Shown in pieces: positions 39,359 through 51,994 of a stretch of DNA of 64,000 nucleotides. The number at the start of each line of letters is the position of its first letter. Within the stretch, counting starts at the first letter, position 1. Source of the stretch: Octopus sinensis (taxonomy: Eukaryota); contig NC_043001.1 in the NCBI RefSeq assembly GCF_006345805.1, positions 67,084,001 through 67,148,000 on the forward strand, given 5' to 3'. Made by a program: the position numbers and the translations under genes. A model generated the notes under the pieces. That model was not told where the DNA came from, did no database searches, and worked only from the letters and a program-made list of their open reading frames with translations.

Positions 39359-40140
39359 ATTAATTTTTATTGACTTTTTGTAGGGTTATAATTTTATGAA
39401 CTGAACTCTGTGTTTTTTTAATTTTTTTTATGTATATATGTCTGATTTAAATTTAAATGTGAGTGTGCATATATTTTCCTTGATGCTAGTTATGGAACTA
39501 GGAGTCCAATATGTAAAATAACTGTGTTTGTTAATGTATATTGATATATTTTGTTTATTTTGTATTATTGCATTAATGTGTATATATATATGTGTAGTAT
39601 TATGAGTGTCTATGCACACATTTTTAAATTTTATATTTTTATATTTATATGTAAAATTTTTTTCACACTTATATTAAATTAAATTCTCTGAAGAGGCCGT
39701 GGGACATCCTTGTTAATGTCTCATTTATACCTGCCTTATATGGCTTATAGGTTAAATGAGGCATACTTGTCCTCACGGCCGAAACAGCTATCAGATATGA
39801 TGTAATTGTATTTTATATTTCTATTTCCTTGTCTAATTATATTTACAATATATTTTGTATAATGTCTTTGCTGTTATGTAATGGTGTAATAAAGTATTGA
39901 TTGGGTATTATCTGATGGTTGATGTTTGATTGATTTAAGTATGTTTCTCCATTTTCTAATTTTGTATTATTAATTTACGGTAATATTTTTACCCTTGCCC
40001 ACATAATACAGTAGATGAATTAATTGCATGGCAATTTTTAACATTTATGTATTAGTCTTGTTGGGTACCTCTCTAGCAGTATATTGGATATATGTTATCC
40101 CATGGTGGGTTGAATTTTCAACCCCTATCTCATTTTATAA
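39246..40140 (+). mobile_element. PLE-type terminal fragment with a short inverted 5' piece and a hammerhead motif
   Basis: 39246-39289 is an inverted copy of ~39920-39964. HHR at 39685-39795. 39950-40140 is homologous to ~61080-61275. Confidence 0.75.
39685..39795 (+). ncRNA. Type I hammerhead motif, probably impaired
   Basis: TCT-CTGAAGA-GGCCGTGGGACA..TGTCCTCACGGCC-GAAA-CAGCTA-TC^AGA. The 13-bp helix II is intact, but CAGCTG>CAGCTA breaks helix III and helix I has only 3 bp. Confidence 0.7.
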
Positions 40141-40182
<42 letters not shown>

Positions 40183-40200
40183 TATATATATATAATATAT

Positions 40201-40236
<36 letters not shown>

Positions 40237-40265
40237 AGTATATATATATATAATATATATAAGTT

Positions 40266-40334
<69 letters not shown>

Positions 40335-40360
40335 AAAAGATATATATATTATATATATAT

Positions 40361-40392
<32 letters not shown>

Positions 40393-40410
40393 ATATATAT
40401 AATATATAAT

Positions 40411-42060
40411 AAACAATCAATTGCGATAAAAAAAAATAATTATAATCGCTGGTATTACTAACACAAGCCATATATTTTTCATATCCAGTACATTAAGGCG
40501 AAATATGTGCTAGGAATACAGAAGCTTGATAAATTAAGTGAAATGAAGATAAAAACATTTACTAAACCGGTAAATTCTCAGACTGCAGTTTCTTTCTTTT
40601 CAGCAATAAAGATAATTTATTTGCCCAGGGAGAATTCTTCAGTGAGACCCTGTTTTTCTGGGATCCTAACTCACTAGAAGCATGTGCGCCTAATGATTTA
40701 CTCTTCCTAACTAATCATATCACTGCGCAGACTCCGAACGTCCCGACAACATTAGGGAATTCTGGTATATCGCCTGGCGCTCATAATTTATCGAGAAATA
40801 TGTAAACAAATCAAATTGCGATAAAATAAAAATAATTATAATCGCTGGTATTACTAACACAAGCCATATATTTTTCATATATCAGTACATTAAGGCGAAA
40901 TATGTGCTAGGAATACAGAAGCTTGATAAATTAAGTGAAATGAAGATAAAAACATTTACTAAACGGTAAATTCTCAGACTGCAGTTCTTTTCTTTTCAGC
41001 AATAAAGATAATTATTTGCCCAGGAGAATTCTTCAGTGAGACCCTGTTTTTCTGGGATCCTAACTCACTAGAAGCATGTGCGTCTAATGATTTACTCTTC
41101 CTAACTAATCATATCACTGCGCAGACTCCGAACGTCCCGACAACACTAGGGAATTCTGGTATATCGCCTGGCGCTCATAATTTATTGAGAAATATGTAAA
41201 CAAATCAAATTGCGATAAAATAAAAATAATTATAATCGCTGGTATTACTAACACAAGCCATATTTTTTCATATATCAGTACATTAAGGCGAAATATGTGC
41301 TAGGAATACAGAAGCTTGATAAATAAGTGAAATGAAGATAAAAACATTTACTAAACCGGTAAATTCTCAGACTGCAGTTTCTTTCTTTTCAGCAATAAAG
41401 ATAATTTATTTGCCCAGGGAGAATTCTTCAGTGAGACCCTGTTTTTCTGGGATCCTAACTCACTAGAAGCATGTGCGTCTAATGATTTACTCTTCCTAAC
41501 TAATCATATCACTGCGCAGACTCCGAACGTCCTGACAACACTAGGGAATTCTGGTATATCGCCTGGCGCTCATAATTTATCGAGAAATATGTAAACAAAT
41601 CAAATTGCGATAAAATAAAAAATAATTATAATCGCTGGTATTACTAACCAAGCCATATATTTTTCATATATCAGTACATTAAGGCGAAATATGTGCTAGG
41701 AATACAGAAGCTTGATAAATGTGAAATGAAGATAAAAACATTTACTAAACCGGTAAATTCTCAGACTGCAGTTTCTTTCTTTTCAGCAATAAAGATTTTT
41801 ATTTGCCCAGGAGAATTCTTCAGTGAGACCCTGTTTTTCTGGGATCCTAACTCACTAGAAGCATGTGCGTCTAATGATTTACTCTTCCTAACTAATCATA
41901 TCACTGCGCAGACTCCGAACGTCCCGACAACATTAGGGAATTCTGGTATATCGCCTGGCGCTCATAATTTATCGAGAAATATGTAAACAATCAAATTGCG
42001 ATAAAAAAAAATAATTATAATCGCTGGTATTACTAACACAAGCCATATATTTTTCATATA
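40411..42060 (-). repeat. Tandem array of ~394-bp monomers (4 full + ~75-bp partial), one hammerhead per monomer (retrozyme-like)
   Basis: Monomer starts at 40411, 40804, 41198, 41593 and 41985. Minus-strand HHRs at 40576-40647, 40972-41041, 41365-41436 and 41759-41828. Flanked by (TA)n on both sides. Confidence 0.93.
40576..40647 (-). ncRNA. Minimal type I hammerhead, monomer 1 (representative of 4)
   Basis: TCTCA-CTGAAGA-ATTCT..AGAAA-GAAA-CTGCAG-TC^TGAGA. 5-bp helix I, palindromic ACTGCAGT helix III, GUC cleavage triplet. The helix II closing pair is an A.A mismatch. Confidence 0.8.
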
Positions 42061-42472
42061 TATATATATATATTATATATATATATATATAAGTATATTA
42101 TATATATAAGTATATTATATATAATAGATAAGAAAGTTGGTTTGTGAAAGCACGTGGTTGAATATATAGAAAATAGTAAAAAGTGAAAAAACTACAGAAT
42201 GCTGAAATGTTAAAAAATATATATTTGCGTCAATATGTCTGAAGAATATTAAAAAAATACTCCATATTATTATATATAATATATATGTATATATATATAT
42301 ATATATAAGATAATATATATATAAGTATATAATATATATATATAAGTATATATATATATAATATATATATAAGTATAATATATATATATATATATAAGTA
42401 GATATATATATATATATATAGTATATATATAAGTATATATATAGTATATATATATATAATATATATATATAA

Positions 42473-42526
<54 letters not shown>

Positions 42527-42818
42527 AGTATATATATATATATATATAAGTATATATATATATATATATAAGTATATATATATATATATATAAGTATATA
42601 TATATATATATATAAGTATAATATATATATATATATATATAAGTATATATATATATATATATATAGTATATATATATATATATATATAAGTATATATATA
42701 TATATATATATAAGTATATATATATATATATATATATATATAAGTATATATATATATATATAATATAAGTATATATATATATATATATAAGTATATATAT
42801 ATATAAGTATATATATAT

Positions 42819-42857
<39 letters not shown>
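42061..42857. repeat. Long (TA)n compound microsatellite with periodic AG interruptions
   Basis: Seen directly. Similar tracts at 40140-40410 and 61280-61715. Confidence 0.95.
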
Positions 42858-42860
<3 letters not shown>

Positions 42861-44312
42861 CTGGTGGTCAATGAGGAAACTAGGGATAGATGAATGGCTG
42901 TGAGGGCTGTGCAAGCCATGTACAGGGATGCTGTAAGTAAGGTAAGGGTTGGCAACATGTACACAGAAGAATTCAAAGTAGAGGTTGGGGTCCACCAGGG
43001 TTCAGTACTCAGCCCCCTCCTATTTATCATAGTCCTCCAGGCAATTACGGAGGAATTCAAGATAGGTTGCCCCTGGGAGCTCCTATATGCTGACGACCTT
43101 GCTCTAATTGCTGAGTCACTGTCAGAACTGGAGGAGAAGTTCCGGGTGTGGAAGGAGGTCTAGAATTGAAGGACCTCAGAGTCAACCTAGCTAAAACCAA
43201 AGTACTAATAAGTAGGAAGGTAGACAATCCACAAATGTCTTCAGGAAGATGGCCCTGCTCGATCTGTAGAAAATGTGTAGGTAGAAACTCTATAAGATGC
43301 ACCCAGTGTAAGCTATGGACACATAAGAGGTGCAGCAATGTCAAAGGAAGGCTAACTGGGAAGATAGTTTTTGTATGTGGCAGATGCTCATGAGCAATAA
43401 TCTCTGAAAATCTGCAGAAAACAACTTCCGTCACTTTCCAGGGGGAAAAACTAGAAGTAGTTGATAGCTTCCGTTATCTAGGTGACCAAGTCAGTAGTGG
43501 GGGTGGGTGCATTGAAAGTGTAACTGCTAGAGTAAGAATAGACTGGGCAAAGTTTAGGGAGCTCTTACCTCTGCTGGTGACTAAAGGCCTCTCGCTCAGA
43601 GTAAAAGGCAGACCCAGGAAAACCTGGGACAAGGTGGTGAAGCACGACCTTCGAACCTTGGGTCTCACTGAGGAAATGACCAGCGACCGAGACCTTTGGA
43701 AATATGCTGTGCGTGAGAAGACCAGGCAGGACAAGTGAGTCCAGCCCACTTATGCATGCCTTTCCCACCCCCCTTGGACACACAAAGACCTGTTGAGGCA
43801 AGCGAAGTCGATATCGAACCTCATCCGATGACAGGCACCTATGGCAACCCCCCTTGCTTGCGTAGACCTGTTGGGGCAAGTGAAATCGAAATCGAAATTG
43901 AACCAATCCTATGACTAGCACCTGGCAAATGCCAGGGCCCTGGGACTGGAGGTACGTAAAAAGCACTATCCGAATTGTGGCCGATGCCAGCGCCGTCTCG
44001 ACTGGCTTCCGTGTCGGTGGCACGTAAAAAGCACCATCCGAATCGTAGCCGAAGCCAGTGCCGCTTTGACTGGCTTCCATAAAATGCACCAATCCGACTG
44101 TGGCCAATGCCAGCCTCGCCTGGCACCAGTGCAGGTGGCACGTAAAAAGCACCTACTACACTCACAGAGTGGTTGGCATTAGGAAGGGAATCCAGCTGTA
44201 GAAACTTGCCAGATAAGACTGGTGCAGCCTTCTGGCTTCCCAGATCCCCGGTCGAACCGTCCAACCCATGCTAGCATGGAGAACGGACGTTAAACGATGA
44301 TGATGATGATGA
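42858..44312 (+). mobile_element. 5'-truncated RTE LINE with internal deletion, same family as 1407-3330
   Basis: [19 protein letters not shown] and the Cys/His finger. Deletion at ~43613 joins ggcagac to the ggtagac-equivalent (microhomology). UTR and (GAT)n tail. Confidence 0.92.
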
Positions 44313-44589
44313 TGATTTATATATATATATATATAAGTATATATAGATGTCTTGCAAACAACTTGCACATGCAAGTGCTACCAGTCAAAAGCTCCGTATA
44401 CTGGAAGCCAGCAAGTGTATGGGGTCATCAGGAGAGAATGCGCGCCGTTTCGGGGCCTACCTCTCAACGGCATCAATCCCAGTGGCTAGCCTTCTCCACT
44501 GTAGATTGGATATCAGTCATGGTGGTATTGACTTTACGATTAGTTAGGCCTAGCGATAACAACAGTCACCTCACGCTGTGTCCAACAAA

Positions 44590-44890
44590 CCCTCTACAAC
44601 CAACTTCGATTGGAAATGTTCCGCTTTCCACCCTGCGTCTTCATATTCCTTGAGGAATTTTACATAACGGTTCAATTTTCGAAACTGACCACACAAAATT
44701 CAAGAAGTATTTGGACAAATTCCTTCAAACAGTTCCGGACAAACCACCCACACCCGGATATGTCTCCTCAAACAATAACTCTCTGCTCGAATGGGCCTTG
44801 GTGCCCAAATCCTGAATTGAAAGACTTCGCCAGGTGGTGCTATTAAGTTAGACATGGCCTGGGTCAATACTGACCAAAACCTTTCTAAGT
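44590..44890 (+). mobile_element. CR1/L2-group LINE 3' end
   Basis: Translates as KFKKYLDKFLQTVPDKPPTPGYVSSNNNSLLEW*, followed by a short 3' UTR. Confidence 0.6.
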
Positions 44891-45129
44891 TATATATATA
44901 TACATATATACGACGGGCTTCTTTCAGTTTCTCTCTACCAAATCCACTCACAAGGCTTTGGTCGGCCCGAGGCTATAGTAGAAGACACTTGCCCAAGATG
45001 CCACGCAGTGGGACTGAACCCAGAACCAAGTGGTTGGTAAGCAAGCTACTTATCACACAGCCAATTTTATTCCTATATATATATATATATACATATATAT
45101 ATACACTATATATACACTAATAGATCATT

Positions 45130-46230
45130 AGAAAATATAAAGAAAATCTATATAAAGTTTTTAAAGAATTATGGTCTAGATATAAGTATAGAGAAAGAGC
45201 ATTCTTCGGTTAATTATCTGGATGCAAACCTAAACTTAGTAACCAATAAGAACCCAACCATTCCATAAATTAAACGAGAACCTAAAGTGCATTAATGCTC
45301 AAAACCATTGGTAAAAGAATTTCTATGTTATCCTCGGATATAGATACCTTTAATAAACATGCCCCTTACTATAATAGAGCATTAAAAGACGCAGGATATA
45401 ATACGAAAGTTAAATTCTATAATAATTACGGACCAAATAATAATACTAAGAATCATCCTAATGCTCAAACTAACTATAGAGGTAATACCAAAGATAATAA
45501 TAAACAATATAAGGAAAGAAATAATATAAGGATAAATAAAAATAATATTAATAATAAAAATGATCATAGTAAGGACAATACCAAAAAAAATTTGAATGGA
45601 AATAAGCATAATTATTATATACCCACAAAGAATACAAAGACAAAGAACAATAATAATAAGACGAATTATAATAATAGTAATATTAATAATAGAAAACAGA
45701 AGGGAATATTATGGTTAATTATCCCTTGTAGATCCAAATCAAAACTAACTTAAAGAAATTCTGAATATAATTAAAATATCCTTTAAAATGAATAAAGAGT
45801 ATTCGAAAATATTCTTAAATAAAAAAAAAAACTATCAGAGTGAGATATTCAAGAAGAAGAAACGTTAGTGATATTATATCCTCAATAAACAACGTCAATT
45901 TAAATAAATTCTATAACAATTTAACTTATAGTAATAATTGCTATGGAAGAAATTTAACAAACAAAAAACATAACCTTATACTAAATAAATGCACATGTAA
46001 GATAAATCAAAATGTAGGAATAATAATAATTGCAACTTAGATAATGTAATTTATGATGAAATGTACTGTAACCTCTAATGATAATAAGAAAAAAGATTAT
46101 ATAGGATCCACAGCGAATTAAATTAAAAGAAGAATTTCCCAGCATTATCAATCCTTTAAAAATCCCAAATTAAGTAATTCAACAGGTCTAAGTAAATATA
46201 TATGGGAATTGAAATCTAAAATATAGATGC
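45130..46230 (+). mobile_element. Decayed Penelope-like fragment (RT thumb to GIY-YIG)
   Basis: KTIGKRISMLSS..FNKHAPYYNRALKDAGY, an N/K-rich linker, then YIGSTA..K.RI..H..SF..KYIWELK-like remnants. Confidence 0.75.
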
Positions 46231-46288
46231 TTTAAGACTCATGTTTCAAGACTCTACTGAGGCAGAAATTTCCATACCCAGCCCTCAC

Positions 46289-46327
46289 CTTTCTCAACAA
46301 ACAGCCGACACATATTTTCATAGAGGA
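46289..46327 (-). CDS. Candidate 39-nt juxtamembrane exon (xLYENMCRLFVEK in the phase 1-1 reading)
   Basis: Strong acceptor gtttgtttgcag| and donor AAG|gtgagg. The phase-1 end joins exon 28759-28920 in frame, but the upstream phase conflicts with the best donor of exon 46475 (see findings). Confidence 0.6.
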
Positions 46328-46474
46328 CTGCAAACAAACAACTCTCATATGAATGGTGATGCTTTTGTTTTCAATCAGCATGCATATATCAAGACAAGGG
46401 AAATATGCATTCAATCATGCATCCCCTCCCCCACATACATACTTCAGTAATTACTACAATTAATTGACACATAC

Positions 46475-46585
46475 TATATCTTCATTGTTGGGTTGTATAT
46501 TTTCATCCAACAGCTCCACTTCTTGATCATCTAAATTCTCATCATGTGATCGTGCCAGCTTCTCCCGAATTCTTCGTTCTTTAGC
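46475..46585 (-). CDS. RTK-like juxtamembrane exon (AKERRIREKLARSHDENLDDQEVELLDENIQPNNEDI)
   Basis: Acceptor ttctattttccag|GCT (phase 0, continues the TM exon with a basic stop-transfer stretch). Donor ATA|gtatgt, with an alternative GT 4 nt further (exon end 46471). The other two frames are closed. Confidence 0.85.
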
Positions 46586-46801
46586 CTGGAAAATAGAAGG
46601 AACACTTGTGCCAAATACGAGGAGAACAAAGTTTACTGAAATTCAGAAAAACTCTACAGAACCATATTGATTTTAATTTAATCACTGTTTATTTAATGCC
46701 AGATTTACTGTAATTAATGAGCTACACAACAGGGATGAGAATAAAATGTTGTCTACAGAAACATGACACATTTGAAAATAGATAAATATGCATATGTATA
46801 T

Positions 46802-46858
<57 letters not shown>

Positions 46859-47208
46859 ATATATATATATATATATATATAATTGTAGATTGATTTGTAT
46901 CAAGGTATTCAATGCTGCCTAACTGAGAAGATCAATCCACATCTTGTATTCTTAACTCTGAACCAAAATTTTTATCATCTGAAGCAAATGCTTTTTTTCA
47001 TGATATAATCAAATAATTCATCAATAAAAAATGCTTCTGAAAGAGCTGTAATGAACCTTAACCTGTTTGTGTTCTTATTTTATATATATGAAATTACTGT
47101 ATATATATATATACAGTAATATATATATAATTATTGATAAAATACAATATTATAACCGAAACAGATAATTTGCAAATTGGTTACATACCAGAAGTTAAAA
47201 TAAACCCT

Positions 47209-47293
47209 GGCAATCATCAGAAAAAGTTGAAATGGATGGTATGACATAAGCTTTCCACCATACCATTCCTTTCAGCCCTTTCTGATGATTGTC
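47209..47293 (-). other. Imperfect 85-nt stem-loop of pre-miRNA-like geometry
   Basis: caatcatcagaa/ttctgatgattg, tgaaa/tttca and tggtatg/catacca arms, with a 15-nt loop. Confidence 0.45.
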
Positions 47294-47717
47294 AAAGTTT
47301 TTCGCAACCCTTTCTATTAAACCAATTGGAAAACTGGGCATTAAAAGACTGTGTATTTCATTAATAATAATGTACCACTCTATTAACTAATATTAGGCAG
47401 CTGTTTTTTCTAACTTCTGGTTTTTTTTTTTTGCAACAATATACGCGCGTGCACATGTGTATGTGTAAAACATCAAAAAGTTGACAACCTATTCTGAGTT
47501 TTGCTCTTGACTGTTCACAGCTGTTCATTTGCTAACTTGATATTATAAACTTATTTATCCTCTCTACTCAGTATATTGTGTTATGTATCAGATAATGTTT
47601 GCTCTATGTAGAATACATTTGTATATATGTTACAATTCTTACACTACTAGACAGATAGGCAGATAAATATTAGGTCATCAAGTATGAAATTTATAGAAAA
47701 GAAAAAAAGTTTGCTAA

Positions 47718-48231
47718 TCTATATATATAAAACTGTAGTTGTGTGAGTGTCTGTCCCCTTCGATTTAGATTCCTAACTACTCCCACATTTTGCGGTGCAG
47801 TTTAACCAAATTCGGGTATCTTATAGTCGTAATTCATATCGAGCCCCTCTGGCTATTAGTGCGCGTCTACGATGAGTCTACGATTTAAAAATAATTTAAC
47901 ATCATTTTTTATTCCATTTTAATGCATAATTTTTCGTGTGTCAATGGTGGCGGAGTTGGCGTCCATGGTCACACCTGCACCTGTTTGCTTCTCCCCCTTC
48001 TTCCCTCCCTCGTGAAGCTGTGGGGAAGGGAGTGTAAGGAAATCAACGTCGTAAAGCGTTGTCAAGGAGACCAGCGTTCTCTTAGAACAACGACTTCATG
48101 GCTTGAAGACACCAAAACAGAAATGGCTAAGAAAGCCCGAATTGGCATCTATAAGGGAAAAGTAACTCTCTAAAAATGCTTATATAGTTATTTCCCTTAC
48201 AAACCCGAGCAACGCCAGGTGATACTGCTAG
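47718..48231 (+). mobile_element. Non-autonomous Helitron
   Basis: A|TCTATATATATAAA start. cccgagcaacgccagg hairpin plus CTAG|T end. AT insertion site, no TSD. Confidence 0.85.
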
Positions 48232-48235
48232 TGTT

Positions 48236-49400
48236 TTATAAATTGTCACCCATATTGTCAATACACTTTTGCCATTTCAGTGGTAGCTTGTCTAGCCCGG
48301 AACTATAAAAACCTGGCAATCTAGAGTCAATAAAATTTTGGAAAGCCTGTTTTACAGCATCGTCAGAATTAAATTTTTTTCCTATCAAAAAGTTATCCAA
48401 ATTCTGGAAGAAGTGGTAGTCAGTGGGGGCAAGATCAGGTGAGTATGGTGGATGATAGAGAACTTCTAACTTCAACTCCTGTAGTTTTGCCAATGTCATT
48501 TTTACAATGTGTGGTCTGGTGTTGTCTTGCAATAAAATAGGAGTGGATCTGTTTGACTAATTTTTGTAAGTTTCTGCATCATTTGGTCGAGTTGGCTGCA
48601 ATATACTTTGGCCGTGATTGATGAGCCAGGTTTAATGAAATAATAATGGATCACACCTGCGCCAGACCACCAAACACACACCATCAGCTTCATTTGATGA
48701 ATTTTTCTTTTGGACTGTATTCTTGTAGCTCGTCGTTGTCCAACCATTGTGCTGAACATTTACGGTTGTTGTATTGGATTCATTTCTCATCACAGGTTAC
48801 AATTCGATTAAAAAAATTATTCATTTTTGTGATTAGAAAGTAGCATAATGCAGGCTTCCAAACGTTGCTGTTTCTGATTTTCATTGATTTCATATGGAAC
48901 CCACTTATCCAACTTTTCCACTTTACCGATTTGAACTAGGTGAGTCAATATTGTTTGCTTGCTAACACCAAAAAACAACAATAATTCATGAGCACTTTGA
49001 GATGGATCTGACTCGACAGTGGCTTTCAGTTCATCATTATCCACCTTTGTTTCTGGTCAACTGCGTTGCTCATTTGTGAGGTCAAAGTTACCAGAACAAA
49101 ATTTTGCAAACCAATTTGATACTGTCTGCTGTGTAATAACATTAGAATGAAATACTCCATTAACATTCTGAGCTGTCTGTGATGCTGTGTTTCCAAGAAA
49201 AAACTCATATTTCAAAACTGCATGGATTTCTGACTTATCCGTCTCTAAACAAAAATAGCAAAAAAAAAAAACGATTTATAAATACTTTATAAAGCGCAAA
49301 ATGAGTTAGAATAAAGAAATAGATGTGTCAGCTTTCTAAAATAATAATGGCGCAAAATGAGCAGCTGTCAAAGTTTACTATATACCTTACTACAAATTTC
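48236..49400 (-). mobile_element. Decayed mariner (DD34D) transposon
   Basis: Frameshifted ORFs with KWVPYEI, QDNTRPH and HPPYSPDLAPTDYHFF. Confidence 0.93.
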
Positions 49401-49489
49401 ATACTTGACGATAAGCACTCTACTGAAATACATAGTGGTTTCATTGAAAGGCAGGACCCCTGAATGAAATAGACTATAATTCTTCAGAA

Positions 49490-50075
49490 CTTAGTGAATG
49501 ATGCATGTATACAAACTGCAATGTTGCATGGTAGTGAGACATGTGCCCTGAATGCAGAGGACATGTGGTGCAATGTTAGTGTACATGTGCAAGAGAGTGC
49601 TGGTGTATTGAGAGAGAAGTTAGGCATAAGAGGAATTAAACTCAGTGTGCAAGAAAGGGGAATCTGCTTGTTTGGCCAGGTGATGCAGATGGATGAGGAC
49701 AATTGCATAAAGAAGTACAGAATAGTTAAAGTGGAGGAAAGTTGTGGAAGGAAGAGGGAGACCCAGGAAAGCGTGGGACATAATATTGAAGGCTGATTCC
49801 AAAATGCTGAAGGAGATCACTGAACACGGAGATATGTGGCGCATTGCTATACTCAAGAAGACATGCCCACCACAACAGACTTGATGTCCTAAAACCAAGA
49901 CGCCATGTAAAAAGCACTCTATACTCTCTATAAAGTAGTTGGTGTTAGGAAGGGCATCCAACTACAGAAACCAAGCCAAATAGACTATGGGACCAGGTGC
50001 AGCCCCTGGCCTTTCCAGTTCCTGTCAAGCTGTCCAAACCATGCCAACGTGGAAAACGAATATATGTTGATGATG
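49490..50075 (+). mobile_element. Decayed RTE 3' end
   Basis: AMLHGSETCAL..LREKLGIRGI..VQER remnants, followed by UTR motifs. Confidence 0.75.
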
Positions 50076-51149
50076 ATAATTGGTGTCCTAATATTGTTGC
50101 AGTCCAAGGAATGAATTCATTGAAACACGGGGGAACGGGACAGTCAACCTTCCACCAATGTTTCACTCTCAGTCACAAGTGCTTAACAAATTTTACCTAG
50201 ATTTAACTCATGTTGAAAATCTCCATGTTGAATTCTGCAGGCAGATTTTCTCTTAACTTTTCTTACTTAAATAGTATCAAACTTACGTTGTTTAACCCTC
50301 AGTCAGCTATGATATGGTCATTATATCGTAGCTCTACATAAGGAAATCCCAACTTATTTTCAGACACTGCATCAATGGTATTATCAAATATTATCTTTCT
50401 TTCATGTGTTGTTCGCGGGGAATCTAAGTAAACCGAACGACTACGTAGATGTTCGCTTGTTGGTATGATGTATTTTTAATCTACCTATTCGACTTAAAAC
50501 TTACAAAAAAAAAAAATCAAGACGGTAAAAAGAAGTTATCTAAGGGAGGCAACTCTGTCTTTCTTACTTCCCTTGGCAAAATTAAGATGCATTTCAACTA
50601 TTTATATTTCGATTGTCTTCCATTTCTTTTTTTCCATGACTTTTACTTATGTTGCCAGTTGTACCTACTGACAAAAGTTTAATCAGGAAATAAATTTAAA
50701 AATCAATAAGTCATGTCTTGTGTTTTAATTCTTTATATTTTAGCTTAAATAATTACCATGCAGAATCGGACAAAATAACTTTCGCTATTTTAATCATGTC
50801 TTTTTAATACAAATCCTACTGAGGTTGATAAAATAAGTACTAGTGAAGTACTGGTGATTCTTTATTACCCACTAGGGGCGCTAGTGAAGTACTGGAGTCG
50901 ACTGGATTGACAATATTACCTCGTCCCCACATATTGGGACTCAGTAATGAAGCGCCTTTTTTGAAAGTGATTGGTATTCTGAATTATTTAGATTAATTAA
51001 CTGTTTCTGTGACCCAACTCCCACCGATACTTTTTGATAGAGTTTCCTCCCGTTAAAATCTTTCTTGAATCAAAATTGCCGCTCACTTTTGCATCCAAGA
51101 CACCACAAACACTACATTAATTCTGCCCTAAAACTGTCCTCTTCCACTC

Positions 51150-51780
51150 TCCGGGGTTCACCACCTTGTATACAGGCACATCAAGGGCAAATGTAAATTG
51201 CATCAAGTCAACAAGACACCTGGCCTGACAATGTCCCCCTTATTACTTTCAAACAATGCACTTTAGAGCTAGTCCCCTATTCTCACCAAACAATTCAATC
51301 ACATGTCTGGCTGTCTGTCTCTCCAGTGTGTCCTATTCTGAAGGAAGCCAACTCCTCTCACCCTGTCTATAATCGTCCTATTTCTTTCACTTCCAACATC
51401 TAAAGCATGATGGTGACAGCTTTCAATAACAATTCTCTTCATTGCCTCAGATCTCTCTCCTTCCATAATGACCTCCACCAAATCAATCTTGCTATGTCCC
51501 ACGATTTCGTTTTGTGCCCTTCCTCCACTCTTCATCATATGTATCAACAGCTTACATGCCAACCCATCCAAACAACTCCTACTCCTGCACAGATAAGCAA
51601 CCTCCATTCTTCTCTAAATTTCCCCACCCAAATGTCCTCCACAATCTAGAAACTTCATGCTACATCTGCCCTGTATCTATAAAAGGATACCTTGAGAACA
51701 TTCATCTATATGGCCATGTTCGTCTGATCTCCTTCCACAGCACGAACACACACAGCAATTATCAAGTAAACATTATTACA
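51150..51780 (+). mobile_element. Decayed CR1/L2-like RT fragment
   Basis: Remnants resembling ...PVFKKG....NYRPISL.. (aggaagccaactcc..ctataatcgtcctatttc) and HGF/LDFxKAF-region motifs, with many stops. Confidence 0.5.
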
Positions 51781-51994
51781 ATTCATCAAGACAGTGAGCT
51801 GGCTGGACACTGGGGTAGATGTAATAGACTTAACTATACCCAGAAATTACTGGCCTTGTGCCAAAATTTGAAACTGTTACTACAACCTATTCCTCTCTGA
51901 ACATGAGAAGCAGGTACAACTAGTACTCTCACCATCACTACAAATGTCTAGCTTCACCACCAATGAAGATCTTTCCTGGTGGGCACACATCCTT

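Noticed and set aside
40411-42060. Tandem array considered as a CRISPR-like array or coding repeat
   Set aside because: Eukaryotic context, no repeat-spacer alternation (whole monomers are near-identical), and ORF 41693-41986 is not preserved across copies.
42270-42995. Long Ile/Tyr-rich ORFs here and at 61175-61741, 59557-60407 and similar
   Set aside because: Translation artefacts of (TA)n and (CA)n microsatellites.
50868-50883. CTCF-like motif CCACTAGGGGCGCTA between 15-bp direct repeats
   Set aside because: One G short of the consensus spacing, and it sits in a rearranged SINE tail.
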